Counted from the first letter of the stretch, positions 48,985 to 59,460 are shown. The stretch: 64,000 nucleotides of DNA from Methanobacteriota archaeon (GCA_020696385.1 JAEHCQ010000003.1:151624-215623), one strand, 5' to 3'. Program-made: numbers and translations. The notes: generated by a model not told the origin, from the letters alone.

Positions 48985-49938
48985 TCATTCCCATTCGATA
49001 GTTCCAGGTGGTTTGTTCGTGATATCATATACCACACGGTTGATCTTATCCGGCATGGTATTGGTTATCCTGATAGATATCTTCTCCAGAACTTCATGTG
49101 GAATCTTGGAATAAGCCGCGGTCATGCCATCAATGGATTGGACAGCCCTAACGCAAACAGTATATCCATAGGCCCGTACATCGCCCTGAACTCCAACTGT
49201 CTGAATCGGGGTCAATACTGCGAAGTACTGCCATGGAAGCTCCATCTTTCCCTCTTTCGCCGCAAGCTCCAGCTCTTCCTCAACAATGAAGCATGCTTCT
49301 CTGACGATCTCTGCTTTTTCCAATGTTGGTTCACCAATGATCCTGATAGCGAGACCAGGTCCTGGGAAGGGTTGCTTCTCAGATATTGAAATACCGAGAT
49401 ATCTTCCAACCTTTCTTACCTCATCCTTGTACAGATCCCTAAGAGGTTCGACAAGCTTCAGGTTCATGTCCTTAGGCAATGCGCCGACATTATGATGGGA
49501 TTTGATGACATCCCTGAGGTCACCACCGCTCTCGATCCAGTCCGGTGCTATTGTGCCCTGAACCAGATATTTCGCATCGATGTCCTTCGCATATCGGTCA
49601 AATATACGAATGAAAGTGTGGCCGATAGCCTTCCTTTTGGCCTCTGGCTCGACAGCTCCCTCCAATTCTTTGGAGAATTCCTCAGCGGCCTCGGCCACCT
49701 GGAGGTTGACTCCCATATCACGCAGAAGTTCAGCAACTTCTTTGGATTCGTTCTTCCTCATGTAACCAGTATCAACATGCACACCGTATAATCGGTCACC
49801 AATAGCACGCGCCACAAGTACCGCGGCCACAGTGCTGTCCACTCCTCCAGAGCAGGCGATTATGGCAGTGCCGTCTATATCGGTCTTCAATTTCTCTATT
49901 GATTCATTGACGAACTTCTCAGGATCGAACATATACAT
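48985..49938 (-). CDS. guaAB: GMP synthase subunit B (ATP pyrophosphatase)
   Basis: SGGVDS, QGTIAPDWIES, IKSHHNVG, PFPGPGL and KPPGTIEWE motifs. Confidence 0.96.
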   Translation of the reverse strand: MYMFDPEKFVNESIEKLKTDIDGTAIIACSGGVDSTVAAVLVARAIGDRLYGVHVDTGYMRKNESKEVAELLRDMGVNLQVAEAAEEFSKELEGAVEPEAKRKAIGHTFIRIFDRYAKDIDAKYLVQGTIAPDWIESGGDLRDVIKSHHNVGALPKDMNLKLVEPLRDLYKDEVRKVGRYLGISISEKQPFPGPGLAIRIIGEPTLEKAEIVREACFIVEEELELAAKEGKMELPWQYFAVLTPIQTVGVQGDVRAYGYTVCVRAVQSIDGMTAAYSKIPHEVLEKISIRITNTMPDKINRVVYDITNKPPGTIEWE

Positions 49939-50409
49939 CTACTCCTCGTATGATTCTGCATCGGACCTTACTTTTTTCTCCTGCGAGATTCGATGATCCT
50001 TCAGCTTCTGTGCCAATTGTGGATCGGATAATGCGAGTATCTCCGCTGCGAGCAAAGCTGCATTGTCACCACGATCAAGGCCAACACCACCCACGGGAAT
50101 TCCCGGGGGCATCTGCACTATGGCCAAAATAGAGTCGAGGTTGACCTTGCCACTTACCGGCACTCCGATAACTGGCTTGATAGTATGAGCTGCCACGGCT
50201 CCAGGCAATGCGGCAGCCAGTCCGGCGATGGTTATGAAGACCTTCGCATCCGAACCCTCAACAAGACTTTCCACCAATTTTGGAGTCCTGTGAGCTGATG
50301 CCACAGTTAATTTATGGGGTATACCCAGATCCTTCAGGACGGCAGTGGCCTTCTTGCCTACTGATTCGTCGCTCTTGCTTCCCATTATGATCAGAACATC
50401 TACTGTCAT
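49939..50409 (-). CDS. purE: N5-CAIR mutase
   Basis: IMGSKSD, SAHRTP, AALPG and MPPGIPV motifs. Confidence 0.95.
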   Translation of the reverse strand: MTVDVLIIMGSKSDESVGKKATAVLKDLGIPHKLTVASAHRTPKLVESLVEGSDAKVFITIAGLAAALPGAVAAHTIKPVIGVPVSGKVNLDSILAIVQMPPGIPVGGVGLDRGDNAALLAAEILALSDPQLAQKLKDHRISQEKKVRSDAESYEE

Positions 50410-50463
50410 TGAGAAGGTGAAACCTGAAGGTTATGATAAATGTTACGTGTCGGAAATTCCTAT

Positions 50464-50787
50464 TCAGGATTTCATTATTGAAAGCAAGAATATACCGACA
50501 GCTGCAAGAGCTCCAAGGGCTGCGGCTGCAATCACATATATAGATTGCTTGATCAGATCCACAAATGCTGTATCAATTGGCAGCATTGGCTCACCCATGA
50601 ACCACGTTGATAAAATGACCCATATAATGCCCAGTACAAGGCCGGCTATCATCAAGCCTGCTCCAATCTTCCTGCTCTTTCCGCTACCAAAATATGTTGT
50701 GAAAACACCTGCAACTGCAAGAAACAATGCAAATGTCAACATGAATATTGTTGCGAACTGCTCTAAAGTTATATCCATCCCATTCAC
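50464..50787 (-). CDS. Small three-TM hypothetical membrane protein
   Basis: GVFTTYFGSGKSRKIG; three hydrophobic helices; GAGGTGA RBS. Confidence 0.7.
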   Translation of the reverse strand: MNGMDITLEQFATIFMLTFALFLAVAGVFTTYFGSGKSRKIGAGLMIAGLVLGIIWVILSTWFMGEPMLPIDTAFVDLIKQSIYVIAAAALGALAAVGIFLLSIMKS

Positions 50788-50794
50788 CTCAGAT

Positions 50795-51028
50795 TTAGAA
50801 TTTGATTCCGGTTAATGTTTTAGTGTCAATGACTCCTGGTATGCTCCTTATCCTATCTACAACAACCTGGCCAAGTACATTGAAATCATCAGCCTGTATC
50901 TTAGCAATGAGATCATATTCTCCAAATAAAGGATGGAGTTCGACTATCTCCTTGACCTTAACTAGTTCATTGTACACTTCATGCTCCTTTGCTGGAGCCG
51001 TGGATATCAGAACAAAACCTACAGCCAT
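50795..51028 (-). CDS. Stand-alone Lrp/AsnC ligand-binding (RAM) domain protein
   Basis: GFVLI, LFGEYDLIAK and IRSIPGVIDTKTL motifs. Confidence 0.9.
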   Translation of the reverse strand: MAVGFVLISTAPAKEHEVYNELVKVKEIVELHPLFGEYDLIAKIQADDFNVLGQVVVDRIRSIPGVIDTKTLTGIKF

Positions 51029-51127
51029 GTATTCACCTATTAATGATAATAAGATTATGTCCTATAAAGGTTTCTCTTTTTTTACCTCCAATCAAATTAT
51101 GATGATCGTTTATGGTATCATGACATT

Positions 51128-51715
51128 TCATAGTATCAAATAAAGGAAATATATGACGAACAATGGAACCACCATCATAAGAAAATCATCATCCACATAT
51201 TTCACACTGGGCTTCTCAACAGCTATAGCCACACCGGCTCCAACGATCGCAAGGACCGCCATGGTGGATACGGCCATATCATATCCAAGGGGTTCGGAGA
51301 AAAACAGGAAGCTGAAGAAAGTGATGAGGAAGTATACCAGTAGCGGAATATATGGATAGCCTTTCATATTCCGTCTTTTCATCTCACCTATCAGAGGGTC
51401 GGTCCAGCCGATACCTGTTATTGCGGGTATCACAAAGAGCAATGGGAAGAACATGAAGGCGATGAAGACACCTATGGAAGCCCACCCATAAGCAGACAGT
51501 TGGTTTGCTTCATATTCCCTCATTCCGAAATATACTTTTTTTCTCCTGAGACGGTTGACCTCGTGGAACATTATCATAGCAAATACAAGGATAAGGAGAT
51601 TCTGCCTTCCAAAGCCAAAAAAATCCTCAGGAAATAGATAATATATAAAAACAAAAGGAGCAAATAGGTGGAATACTCTTCTGGCTATGTGACCATTGTT
51701 CTTCTTGAGGTCCAT
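51128..51715 (-). CDS. Dolichol/phytol kinase-like (CTP-transferase family) membrane protein
   Basis: RRVFH, MREYE, DPLIGE and DDDF motifs; multiple TM helices. Confidence 0.75.
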   Translation of the reverse strand: MDLKKNNGHIARRVFHLFAPFVFIYYLFPEDFFGFGRQNLLILVFAMIMFHEVNRLRRKKVYFGMREYEANQLSAYGWASIGVFIAFMFFPLLFVIPAITGIGWTDPLIGEMKRRNMKGYPYIPLLVYFLITFFSFLFFSEPLGYDMAVSTMAVLAIVGAGVAIAVEKPSVKYVDDDFLMMVVPLFVIYFLYLIL

Positions 51716-51870
51716 GCTACAGTATATGAATATGATACAAATATGATTCTGTCAATATTCATCTATAATATGTATCTAAAATAGTATAATATGTGTAATA
51801 TGTGTAGTATGTGTAATTATAATAGAATATATACATTATAATAACATATAAAGAAGGAAAGACATTCGTA

Positions 51871-54800
51871 TCAATTATAATTGACAACTTTTCTTTTTCT
51901 CAGTATCAATGGGATACATACCATGATGATGATCGGTATGAATGAATGGAATTCCGGAGCTACTATCACATCCCCTGGAAGTGTATGAGATGTTTCCGTT
52001 TCCTGAATGCCCCTTGTGCCCCTTGTACCCACATTAAATGGATGAGATGCATTGAAATGCTCATCCGGAATATCTGATCCGCCAGACCAGTCAGAAGACC
52101 TGAAGAATAATCTTATATCATCGGACGTATCAAGATCTATTGACATTTCCATACTTGTGGAATCAAGATATGCTTCCACATTATCAGATGCGGAGACAGA
52201 CCAACCATCATCATTCGACCAAACATACAATGAACTGCTGGTGATCAGACCATTCATTCCAGATAATTGCATCATCTGATCTGCCCCGATATCTCCGATT
52301 GGCTGTCCAGTGTTAGTATCATTATCAGAATCTATGAATATCTCGGTGACATCCTCGCCAGTTATCCTTGGAATAACACTCACTTGTGGTCCGATATAGA
52401 TCGAGGCTTTGGTTATAGTATTGTTCAGCCATGTGTCTGGGCCACCATTGTTATAGTCGGTCAACCCATCATTATCATCATCATTATCCTGAGAATCCGG
52501 GATACCATCATTATCAAAATCAAATTCAAAGCCAGTTTCATTCATATCGGTTATTCCATCACGGTCAGAATCCACAAAAATAGCGGTTGTGGGGTTCACA
52601 GGATCAACTGGAGTATTGGCAAGACCACTGTTTTGATGAGGAATAATCTCCCCGCCAAGAATCTGGCCATCCACATTGATAAACACGGCGAGCTGGCTAC
52701 CATCATAGGCAGCGGCAAACTCTCTCACATCGATATCATTGTTCCCATTCGTGCTTTCATCATCATTCTCATCGGTCTCGGTATCATACCAGTCCAGGAA
52801 GCCGCCATCCATTGTGATAGAGGATGGCGAGCCTCCGATATAGGAATATGATAAAGCTGAAAGATCGGTCTTCAAGGTGGTTGTTCCATATCCGGTACTC
52901 ACACTGGATGAATCTCTAAGCTTCATCCTCAATGTACTATCGGAATAGGCTGATGAATCGATATCCGCCCCAATGTACAGTGTCCGAGCTCCATTTACCT
53001 GGAAACCATTCATGGACATCGTTGCCAGGCCATTCGATATATCAGACACCTCGGAGAGAGCATTGCCGCTTTCATCAGTAATGAAGCATCGTTGGATCGC
53101 TACAGATGGTAGAGTTCCTTCCAATCGAACAGATATGCTGTCTATTGTGTGGATTCCCTCACCAAAGGGCACGATATCCAATTGTAGATATTGCTGGCTG
53201 TGGGAGGTCACTATCCCGGGTGCGATACCTTTCTGTGTTATTCCGATTGCACTTTTTTCAATGCTGATAATGGAATCCGCACTGTCCTCATAACCATCCC
53301 AGCTGTGAGAGGTTATAAAAATGTCCACAGGAGTTGGTTCGTAAAGACCCAATAGGTCCCAACCGATCTGTATTTCGAGATCACCAGCATTCACACCAGA
53401 CTGTATTGTCGAGCCTGGTTTGAACATGCTCCAATCCAGCCCATCATCGGATGAGCCAGTATCCGAAATATATTCGTGAAGGGTCGATGATGTCACCTGG
53501 CCGCTCCATCCGGATACCATCAGCATATGGTCAGCCCCCATGCCCGCGATCTTATAGCCAGTTGACCAGCTATTATCATCATCGAGGAATATGTAAAATG
53601 TGTCCTGAAGAGCACTGGAAGCAACAGGCTCGCCAGTGAGTATATCACCATTGACGCCCAGATACAATGCGAGATATTTTTCACCATTGTCCTCAGCACT
53701 ACATTGGACAATGTCCACATTGGAATTGAAGGAGGCATCTGGAATAGTATCGAATGTCAATTTCTGATAATTCTCCCAATCGGCAAAATCCCCGTCTATC
53801 TGTATGTCATATGCATCCTGAGTTCCAGCTGGCTGATACATCACACCGAGCATCGCGGATACCAACATGAGCACGGAGGCCATTAGAACAAATTTTCTGA
53901 ACAATTGCCTGCGCTTGACCTCGCGTGAGTAGCCGATGGATGGAATTCCAATTTCCGGCATGGTGGGTTGAAGTGTACTGTAAACACGACCCTGACCATT
54001 GACCATACCGTTAACACGGCCTGTTCTTCTACCATTGGTGAGGCCATTCACCCTCCCATTGACCAAGCCATTGATCATACCATTGACCATGCCATTAACA
54101 CGACCTGTTCCATTCGTCAGGCCGTTAACATACCCATCGAATTCCCTTATGCCATTGATCTTGCCGGTTATTCTGGCCTTTCCATCTTCCAGGCCATTCA
54201 CCTTCCCGCTGATGCTTCCAACACCATTGATCATTCCATTGATCCTGCCAGTACCATTGATCATTCCATTGATCCTGCCTTCCACCTTGTCAATTCCATT
54301 CACAAGGCCAGTGACACGACCCCGCCCACTCATGGCACCATGCAAATATCCTCTATTGATCAGTCCTTTTTCTTCTTCCATCGGGCCATAACAAGAGGGG
54401 CATTTTGGCATGCCTTCATCGATGGTCTCGCCACAATCAGCACATATATTTGGCTCATCTTCTTGATCTGCAAATTGAGTTAGTTCTTCACTAAGTTCTT
54501 CCAGGTCTTTGGCGAAATCATTATCAAGGTCATCCAGTGGAGCAAGAGGTGCGGATATCTCGAAATCATCTTCAAGAGTATCCTCACCAGATCCCAATTC
54601 GAGATCCTCTATCGAATCCAGGTTTTCATCATCGGAGACATCGAATCCAAGCTCAGATTCCCCACCGACAGTACCAAGATCCCAGTCATCATCTTCGCCA
54701 TCATCATCGACCTGCGAGCTTATCAGATCATCCAGACCATCAAGAATATCATCACTGATATCCAGCAGTTCATCCTCTATGACATGATCCACCTGAACCT

Positions 54801-56244
54801 CCTGGCTCTCCAGTTCATCATCATCGAATGATTCAAGAGCCAGGTCATCAAGCAGATCATCCAGATCATCGCTATCTTCATCGATGATAGTCGGTTTGGC
54901 GATGGATATATCGATATCACCATCAAGGTCCAATTCATCATAGCCAGCCCCATCAATATCTGTGGCGATTTCATCAGCATATGCATATTCTGGCTCATCC
55001 ACACCGTCAATATCAACATCAAGGGACAGATCATCAAGCAGATCTACCATTTCAGGACTTTCATCGTCAATTATAGTCGGCTTGGCTATCAATATATCAT
55101 CAGGAGCATCAAGGCCCAATTCATCATCAATGTCTGGCTCAAAGCCTGAAGTTTCAGGAACAATAGCCTCTTCAGGCCCATCGATCATATCATCAAGTGC
55201 GTCAATAAGATCCTCACTGATATCCATGCCAGGTGTAAATGAAAGGTCATCACTTTCGCCGATATCATCATCAGACAATTGAAACTCATCAAGATCATCC
55301 AGTATGGATTCCAGATCATCGCTATCCACATCCGCCTCGTCGATGGGTGCGACATAGTGGCCTTCATCAGCATCGGCCACTTCCTTTTCTTCTGTTCCAG
55401 ATCGGGATGAGTCGCCGATCATAGAATCCAGATCGCTCATCAGATCATCGCTGATGTCGACACCATAATCGGTGTCATCAGCGTCATCAACGCCATCAGC
55501 ACCAGTATCTGTTTCTGGATCAATGGCAATATCAGCATCCGAATCAGAGTCCATATCTATGGCATCTGCAGCAGCATCAATATCTGTGATATCTGACTCA
55601 AGAGTATCCTCAATATCCATATCATCCAATTCACTCAATATCAGGGTGATATCATCGCCATCCAGATCTAAGACAATGGTTTCAGCCTCGGAAATATCAT
55701 CAGATGTCTCCATGGCCTCTATCTTACCATTTATCATCTCGTCAAGAGCATCGATCATATCATCACTGATATCAAGGCCATTGTCTGCAATGAACTCATC
55801 AGAGATATCATCATCCAGGAATTCTCCAAGGATATCGTCCAGTACATCCTCTTCGAGCTCAGATACCATATCTGCATCTAATGATGCGATCTCCGTATCT
55901 GCGAATATAATATCATCATCAGTCTCGGATAGAACATCCGCAGTAGTAGGTTCGACCGAGGGCATTTCTGTTTCAACTTCTGACCCATAATCAGCATCTG
56001 GCTCAGCTTCGACTTCGGGCTCATGTTCGTCTGAAAAAAGTGTTCGAACATGGTCTACTATCTCCTCCGCATCTTCCAAAGGTATACTCGGAACCTTCGA
56101 GGAGAGTTCAGAAGCAGTGAGCGATCTAAGATCATCCAGGCTTTGGATACCGAGAAGATACATTGACCGGGCTCTCGCTCGACCAATACCAGGAACCTGT
56201 GTTAATTGATTGATTGCATCTTTTTTGCTTCCCATATCCCCCAT
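51871..56244 (-). CDS. Large membrane protein: HhH domain, Asp-rich disordered region, zinc ribbon, xxNG repeats, TM helix, extracellular domains, PEF-CTERM-like tail
   Basis: LTQVPGIGRARA; CADC..CPSC; (R/M/L)(V/I/T)NG repeats; IDGDFADW; DxDxDG motifs; VAPEF-hydrophobic-RKRK terminus. Confidence 0.8.
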   Translation of the reverse strand: MGDMGSKKDAINQLTQVPGIGRARARSMYLLGIQSLDDLRSLTASELSSKVPSIPLEDAEEIVDHVRTLFSDEHEPEVEAEPDADYGSEVETEMPSVEPTTADVLSETDDDIIFADTEIASLDADMVSELEEDVLDDILGEFLDDDISDEFIADNGLDISDDMIDALDEMINGKIEAMETSDDISEAETIVLDLDGDDITLILSELDDMDIEDTLESDITDIDAAADAIDMDSDSDADIAIDPETDTGADGVDDADDTDYGVDISDDLMSDLDSMIGDSSRSGTEEKEVADADEGHYVAPIDEADVDSDDLESILDDLDEFQLSDDDIGESDDLSFTPGMDISEDLIDALDDMIDGPEEAIVPETSGFEPDIDDELGLDAPDDILIAKPTIIDDESPEMVDLLDDLSLDVDIDGVDEPEYAYADEIATDIDGAGYDELDLDGDIDISIAKPTIIDEDSDDLDDLLDDLALESFDDDELESQEVQVDHVIEDELLDISDDILDGLDDLISSQVDDDGEDDDWDLGTVGGESELGFDVSDDENLDSIEDLELGSGEDTLEDDFEISAPLAPLDDLDNDFAKDLEELSEELTQFADQEDEPNICADCGETIDEGMPKCPSCYGPMEEEKGLINRGYLHGAMSGRGRVTGLVNGIDKVEGRINGMINGTGRINGMINGVGSISGKVNGLEDGKARITGKINGIREFDGYVNGLTNGTGRVNGMVNGMINGLVNGRVNGLTNGRRTGRVNGMVNGQGRVYSTLQPTMPEIGIPSIGYSREVKRRQLFRKFVLMASVLMLVSAMLGVMYQPAGTQDAYDIQIDGDFADWENYQKLTFDTIPDASFNSNVDIVQCSAEDNGEKYLALYLGVNGDILTGEPVASSALQDTFYIFLDDDNSWSTGYKIAGMGADHMLMVSGWSGQVTSSTLHEYISDTGSSDDGLDWSMFKPGSTIQSGVNAGDLEIQIGWDLLGLYEPTPVDIFITSHSWDGYEDSADSIISIEKSAIGITQKGIAPGIVTSHSQQYLQLDIVPFGEGIHTIDSISVRLEGTLPSVAIQRCFITDESGNALSEVSDISNGLATMSMNGFQVNGARTLYIGADIDSSAYSDSTLRMKLRDSSSVSTGYGTTTLKTDLSALSYSYIGGSPSSITMDGGFLDWYDTETDENDDESTNGNNDIDVREFAAAYDGSQLAVFINVDGQILGGEIIPHQNSGLANTPVDPVNPTTAIFVDSDRDGITDMNETGFEFDFDNDGIPDSQDNDDDNDGLTDYNNGGPDTWLNNTITKASIYIGPQVSVIPRITGEDVTEIFIDSDNDTNTGQPIGDIGADQMMQLSGMNGLITSSSLYVWSNDDGWSVSASDNVEAYLDSTSMEMSIDLDTSDDIRLFFRSSDWSGGSDIPDEHFNASHPFNVGTRGTRGIQETETSHTLPGDVIVAPEFHSFIPIIIMVCIPLILRKRKVVNYN

Positions 56245-56370
56245 TCACCTCTGAAGTAGAGTCCCATCCCCAAATTCGCATCATTAATGTAATATTAACA
56301 ATGCTAAATGCGCTAATATACAGGTTATATAAATAACTTATACATAATTATTTGGCAAAATAATGTATTT

Positions 56371-56394
56371 CTAACACAGGAGAACCTGTGTTAG
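56371..56394. promoter_or_regulatory. Perfect 10-bp inverted repeat in a divergent promoter region
   Basis: CTAACACAGG-agaa-CCTGTGTTAG. Confidence 0.45.
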
Positions 56395-56528
56395 TTCATT
56401 GATATTTTGCATAAAATTTCAACATAACTAAGAATGCTCAAATCGCATTTACAAAGTAAATGGGATAAAATACCTAAGTATTGCAAACAAATATATTTAT
56501 CGGTCGGCGTAATCGGGGTTCTGATAAT

Positions 56529-57551
56529 ATGAAACTCACGTATTCAGATGCCGGAGTGGATATAGACAAGAAATCAGATGCGATAGAAGCACTGGTAAAG
56601 ACCCTTGGCTATGACAGAGAGGGATTTGGAAAGAAGATCAAGCTGCCAGGTGGCTATGCTGGTCTGGTGGAGTTCGGGCCCTATGCCCTCGCGCTCTCCA
56701 CGGATACCGTTGGTACCAAATTACTGGTTGCCAATGAATGCAAAAAATGGGATACATTGGGTATCGATTGTATCGCGATGAGTGCCAATGACATGATCTG
56801 TTTGGGCGCGGAACCATTGTCCTTTGTTGATTTCATTTCCATCGATGTCCCTGAAGAGGAGATCAGCCGCCAGCTTGGAATTGGGCTGGAGACCGGGGCA
56901 GTGCAGGCGAATCTGTCCATTGTTGGTGGTGAGATCGCTGTTGTTCCCGAACTGGTTAATTCCTTTGATTTTGGAGGAACCTGCCTTGGATGGGTCAAGA
57001 GAGATGAGATAATCACAGGACAGGACATCCAAGTTGGAGACGCCATCATAGGCCTGAAAAGTACAGGTGTACATTGCAATGGACTGACACTTGCCAGAAA
57101 GGTGCTAGAAGTCAATCAGGTACCATACAATGAGAGTTTCGAAAAACTGGAACAGAGCATCGGCCTCGAGCTGCTCGAACCCACAAAGATGTATGTTCGA
57201 GAGATCATGAGAGTTATCAAGGAATTCGACATACATGGGATGGCGAATATCACCGGCGGCGGATTAAGGAATTACATACGCCTGAAGGAAGGTGTGGGAT
57301 TCGAAATATCCGATCCCATTAAGCCAAATCCGATATTCGATCTGCTGGCGGAATTGGGCAATATAAGCATTGAAGAGATGTACCAGACCTTCAATATGGG
57401 TATGGGCTACACTATCATCTCATCTCCTGACCAGGCAGATGACATCATAAAAAGCCTGAAGCCAGACTGCGAAGCAAAGGTGGTCGGAACCGTGATAGAA
57501 GGAGCCGGAGTCACATGCCCGCCTCTCGGCCTGGAATACTTGAGATACTGA
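56529..57551 (+). CDS. purM: Phosphoribosylformylglycinamidine cyclo-ligase (AIR synthetase)
   Basis: TYSDAGVDI, TDTVGTK, GGE, GVHCNG, ITGGG and TFNMGMG motifs. Confidence 0.95.
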   Translation: MKLTYSDAGVDIDKKSDAIEALVKTLGYDREGFGKKIKLPGGYAGLVEFGPYALALSTDTVGTKLLVANECKKWDTLGIDCIAMSANDMICLGAEPLSFVDFISIDVPEEEISRQLGIGLETGAVQANLSIVGGEIAVVPELVNSFDFGGTCLGWVKRDEIITGQDIQVGDAIIGLKSTGVHCNGLTLARKVLEVNQVPYNESFEKLEQSIGLELLEPTKMYVREIMRVIKEFDIHGMANITGGGLRNYIRLKEGVGFEISDPIKPNPIFDLLAELGNISIEEMYQTFNMGMGYTIISSPDQADDIIKSLKPDCEAKVVGTVIEGAGVTCPPLGLEYLRY

Positions 57552-57621
57552 ACAAACACTCCGCAGATAGATGAAAGGGATTGTCTGCCAGTTCAGTCAC
57601 AATTCGATCAGAGGTAATGAT

Positions 57622-58149
57622 ATGACAATATACGAGTTTGAAGGAAAAGTGCCAAAGATAGGTAAGGGCGCTTATGTTTTCGATGAGGCCGTGATCATCG
57701 GCGATGTTGAGATCGGAGAGGGATGCTACATAGGAGCTGGAGCAGTTCTTCGAGGGGATTATGGCACCATAAGAGTTGGCGATAATACAGCGGTTGAGGA
57801 CAACTGCACCATCCATGCCAGACCCGGAGAAATATGCACGATAGGCAACAATGTCACACTGGGCCATGGCGCGATAATCCACAATGCGACGATCAAAGAT
57901 TGGGTGGTCGTCGGTATGGGAGCTATAGTCTCCGATTATTCCACAGTGGGTGAATGGGCCGCGATAGGTGAAGGAGCTGTTGTCAAAAATAAATCTGAAA
58001 TACCGGACGGCGCCATTGCCGTCGGCGTGCCAGCGAAGGTCGTATCCCAGACATCCGAAGAATACCGCAAACAATGGACGGAATTCAAAGGCATTTACAC
58101 AGATCTGGCAACCAATAGATATCCAGATGGATTGAAGAAGATCGGATAG
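57622..58149 (+). CDS. Gamma carbonic anhydrase family (hexapeptide repeat) protein
   Basis: IIGDVEIG, VLRGD, EDNCTIH, GHGAIIH and GVPAK motifs. Confidence 0.92.
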   Translation: MTIYEFEGKVPKIGKGAYVFDEAVIIGDVEIGEGCYIGAGAVLRGDYGTIRVGDNTAVEDNCTIHARPGEICTIGNNVTLGHGAIIHNATIKDWVVVGMGAIVSDYSTVGEWAAIGEGAVVKNKSEIPDGAIAVGVPAKVVSQTSEEYRKQWTEFKGIYTDLATNRYPDGLKKIG

Positions 58150-58154
58150 ACATT

Positions 58155-59237
58155 ATGATAAGCTCCAGTGTCAAGAAATTGCTCATTATCCAGGCCATGA
58201 TGAACATCGCCATGGCCATCGCGGGTTCCTTCAGCCTGATATATCTTGTGAATCGAGGCTTTTCTTATCAGGAATCATTGATATATCTGATAGTCGCGAT
58301 ACTTACCACGATAGTTCTGACGATAATACTATCGAACAGAGGGGGCATGCACTCCAAAAGATCAATTATGGCATCCAATCTCTTTTTGGCGATCTCTTAT
58401 GGCTCATTTCTCGTACTGGATGGATACGCGCTGCTGATAATTCCAGGCATATTCTATGGCTTTCAAATAGTCTTTTTCTGGATACCGCTCAATGTACTTC
58501 TGGCCCAGCAATCGAAAGATTCGAACAGGGGATTCACGATAGGTGTTTCTTTTTTCATTTACCCAGTGGTCGCTGTCCTGATGCCAGTACTGGGTGGCTC
58601 GATAATCGAGAGTCTGGATTTCTATGTCGTATTCCTGATAGCCACGATAATATTGTTGATCAATGCCATCACGATCGCCATCTACAGGGATCTGCCCTGG
58701 GGCAAGCTGAGAATGAGAATAAGGAGCATGAAAGAGAGCCTGTGGAAAGGTCTCTTCTTCCAGGGTATGCAGGAAGGTGTGTTTTTCTTTGCCAGTCCCT
58801 TGCTCACATACCATTTCGCGGGCGGTGAGTTCAAGACCGGGATAATGTTCTCTTTCTTCGCCCTCATTGGGACACTAGCGGCCGTATTTATTGCCAGAGT
58901 TTCAGATCGAGAGCAGAAACGCCTGGTATTCGCAAAAATAGGCGCGCTGGGAGCCATACCTGGAATGTTAATAGCCGGCATGGCCAGCGACATCAATGTA
59001 TTCCTTTTGGGAATGGGCATACTGAACTTCTTCATACCAATGGTCGCAATATTCCTAATGACTCAGGCAGGAGATGGAAAGAACAAGGGAAGCGCGATGT
59101 TAACTAGGGAATTCTGCCTTAACACAGGAAGATTAGTAACACTTGGAATGAGTTTATTTCTCATTCCATTCCTTGGGATCGGAGGACTGCTGGCATTGTC
59201 ATCAGTATTTCTGATCGGTGTGCTAGCTGTTAAGTAA
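58155..59237 (+). CDS. MFS-type transporter
   Basis: About 12 TM helices; ARVSDRE motif A-like sequence and REF.LN.GR. Confidence 0.8.
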   Translation: MISSSVKKLLIIQAMMNIAMAIAGSFSLIYLVNRGFSYQESLIYLIVAILTTIVLTIILSNRGGMHSKRSIMASNLFLAISYGSFLVLDGYALLIIPGIFYGFQIVFFWIPLNVLLAQQSKDSNRGFTIGVSFFIYPVVAVLMPVLGGSIIESLDFYVVFLIATIILLINAITIAIYRDLPWGKLRMRIRSMKESLWKGLFFQGMQEGVFFFASPLLTYHFAGGEFKTGIMFSFFALIGTLAAVFIARVSDREQKRLVFAKIGALGAIPGMLIAGMASDINVFLLGMGILNFFIPMVAIFLMTQAGDGKNKGSAMLTREFCLNTGRLVTLGMSLFLIPFLGIGGLLALSSVFLIGVLAVK

Positions 59238-59241
59238 AAGA

Positions 59242-59460
59242 TCAATGAGGGCTCCCCAACGTTAAAACGTGGGGTATCCTCTCTGTTAAATCATTAAGGA
59301 TTAACGAGTATATGAGCCCTTATTGAATACATCCCAAGCTAATACTATAATCGCTCCATATCCACAAATCTAAAGATTGTGGTATTAGAGCTTGGGGATA
59401 TTCAATAAAAAATCGGATCAATTGGAAAATGGTGGTCTGCCAGGTTTTTATACCTGGCAG
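59242..59460. other. Highly palindromic intergenic region between convergent genes
   Basis: Nested inverted repeats at 59242-59326 and 59320-59408, plus the hairpin CTGCCAGG/CCTGGCAG at 59437-59460. Confidence 0.6.

Noticed and set aside
51110-51140. Possible tail echo (TGATACTATGA vs TGATACCATAA) behind the dolichol-kinase-like gene
   Set aside because: At 11 nt with two mismatches in AT-rich DNA, it is compatible with chance.
51788-51818. 9-bp tandem repeat (AATATGTGT) in an AT-rich intergenic region
   Set aside because: It is a low-complexity microsatellite with no further support.
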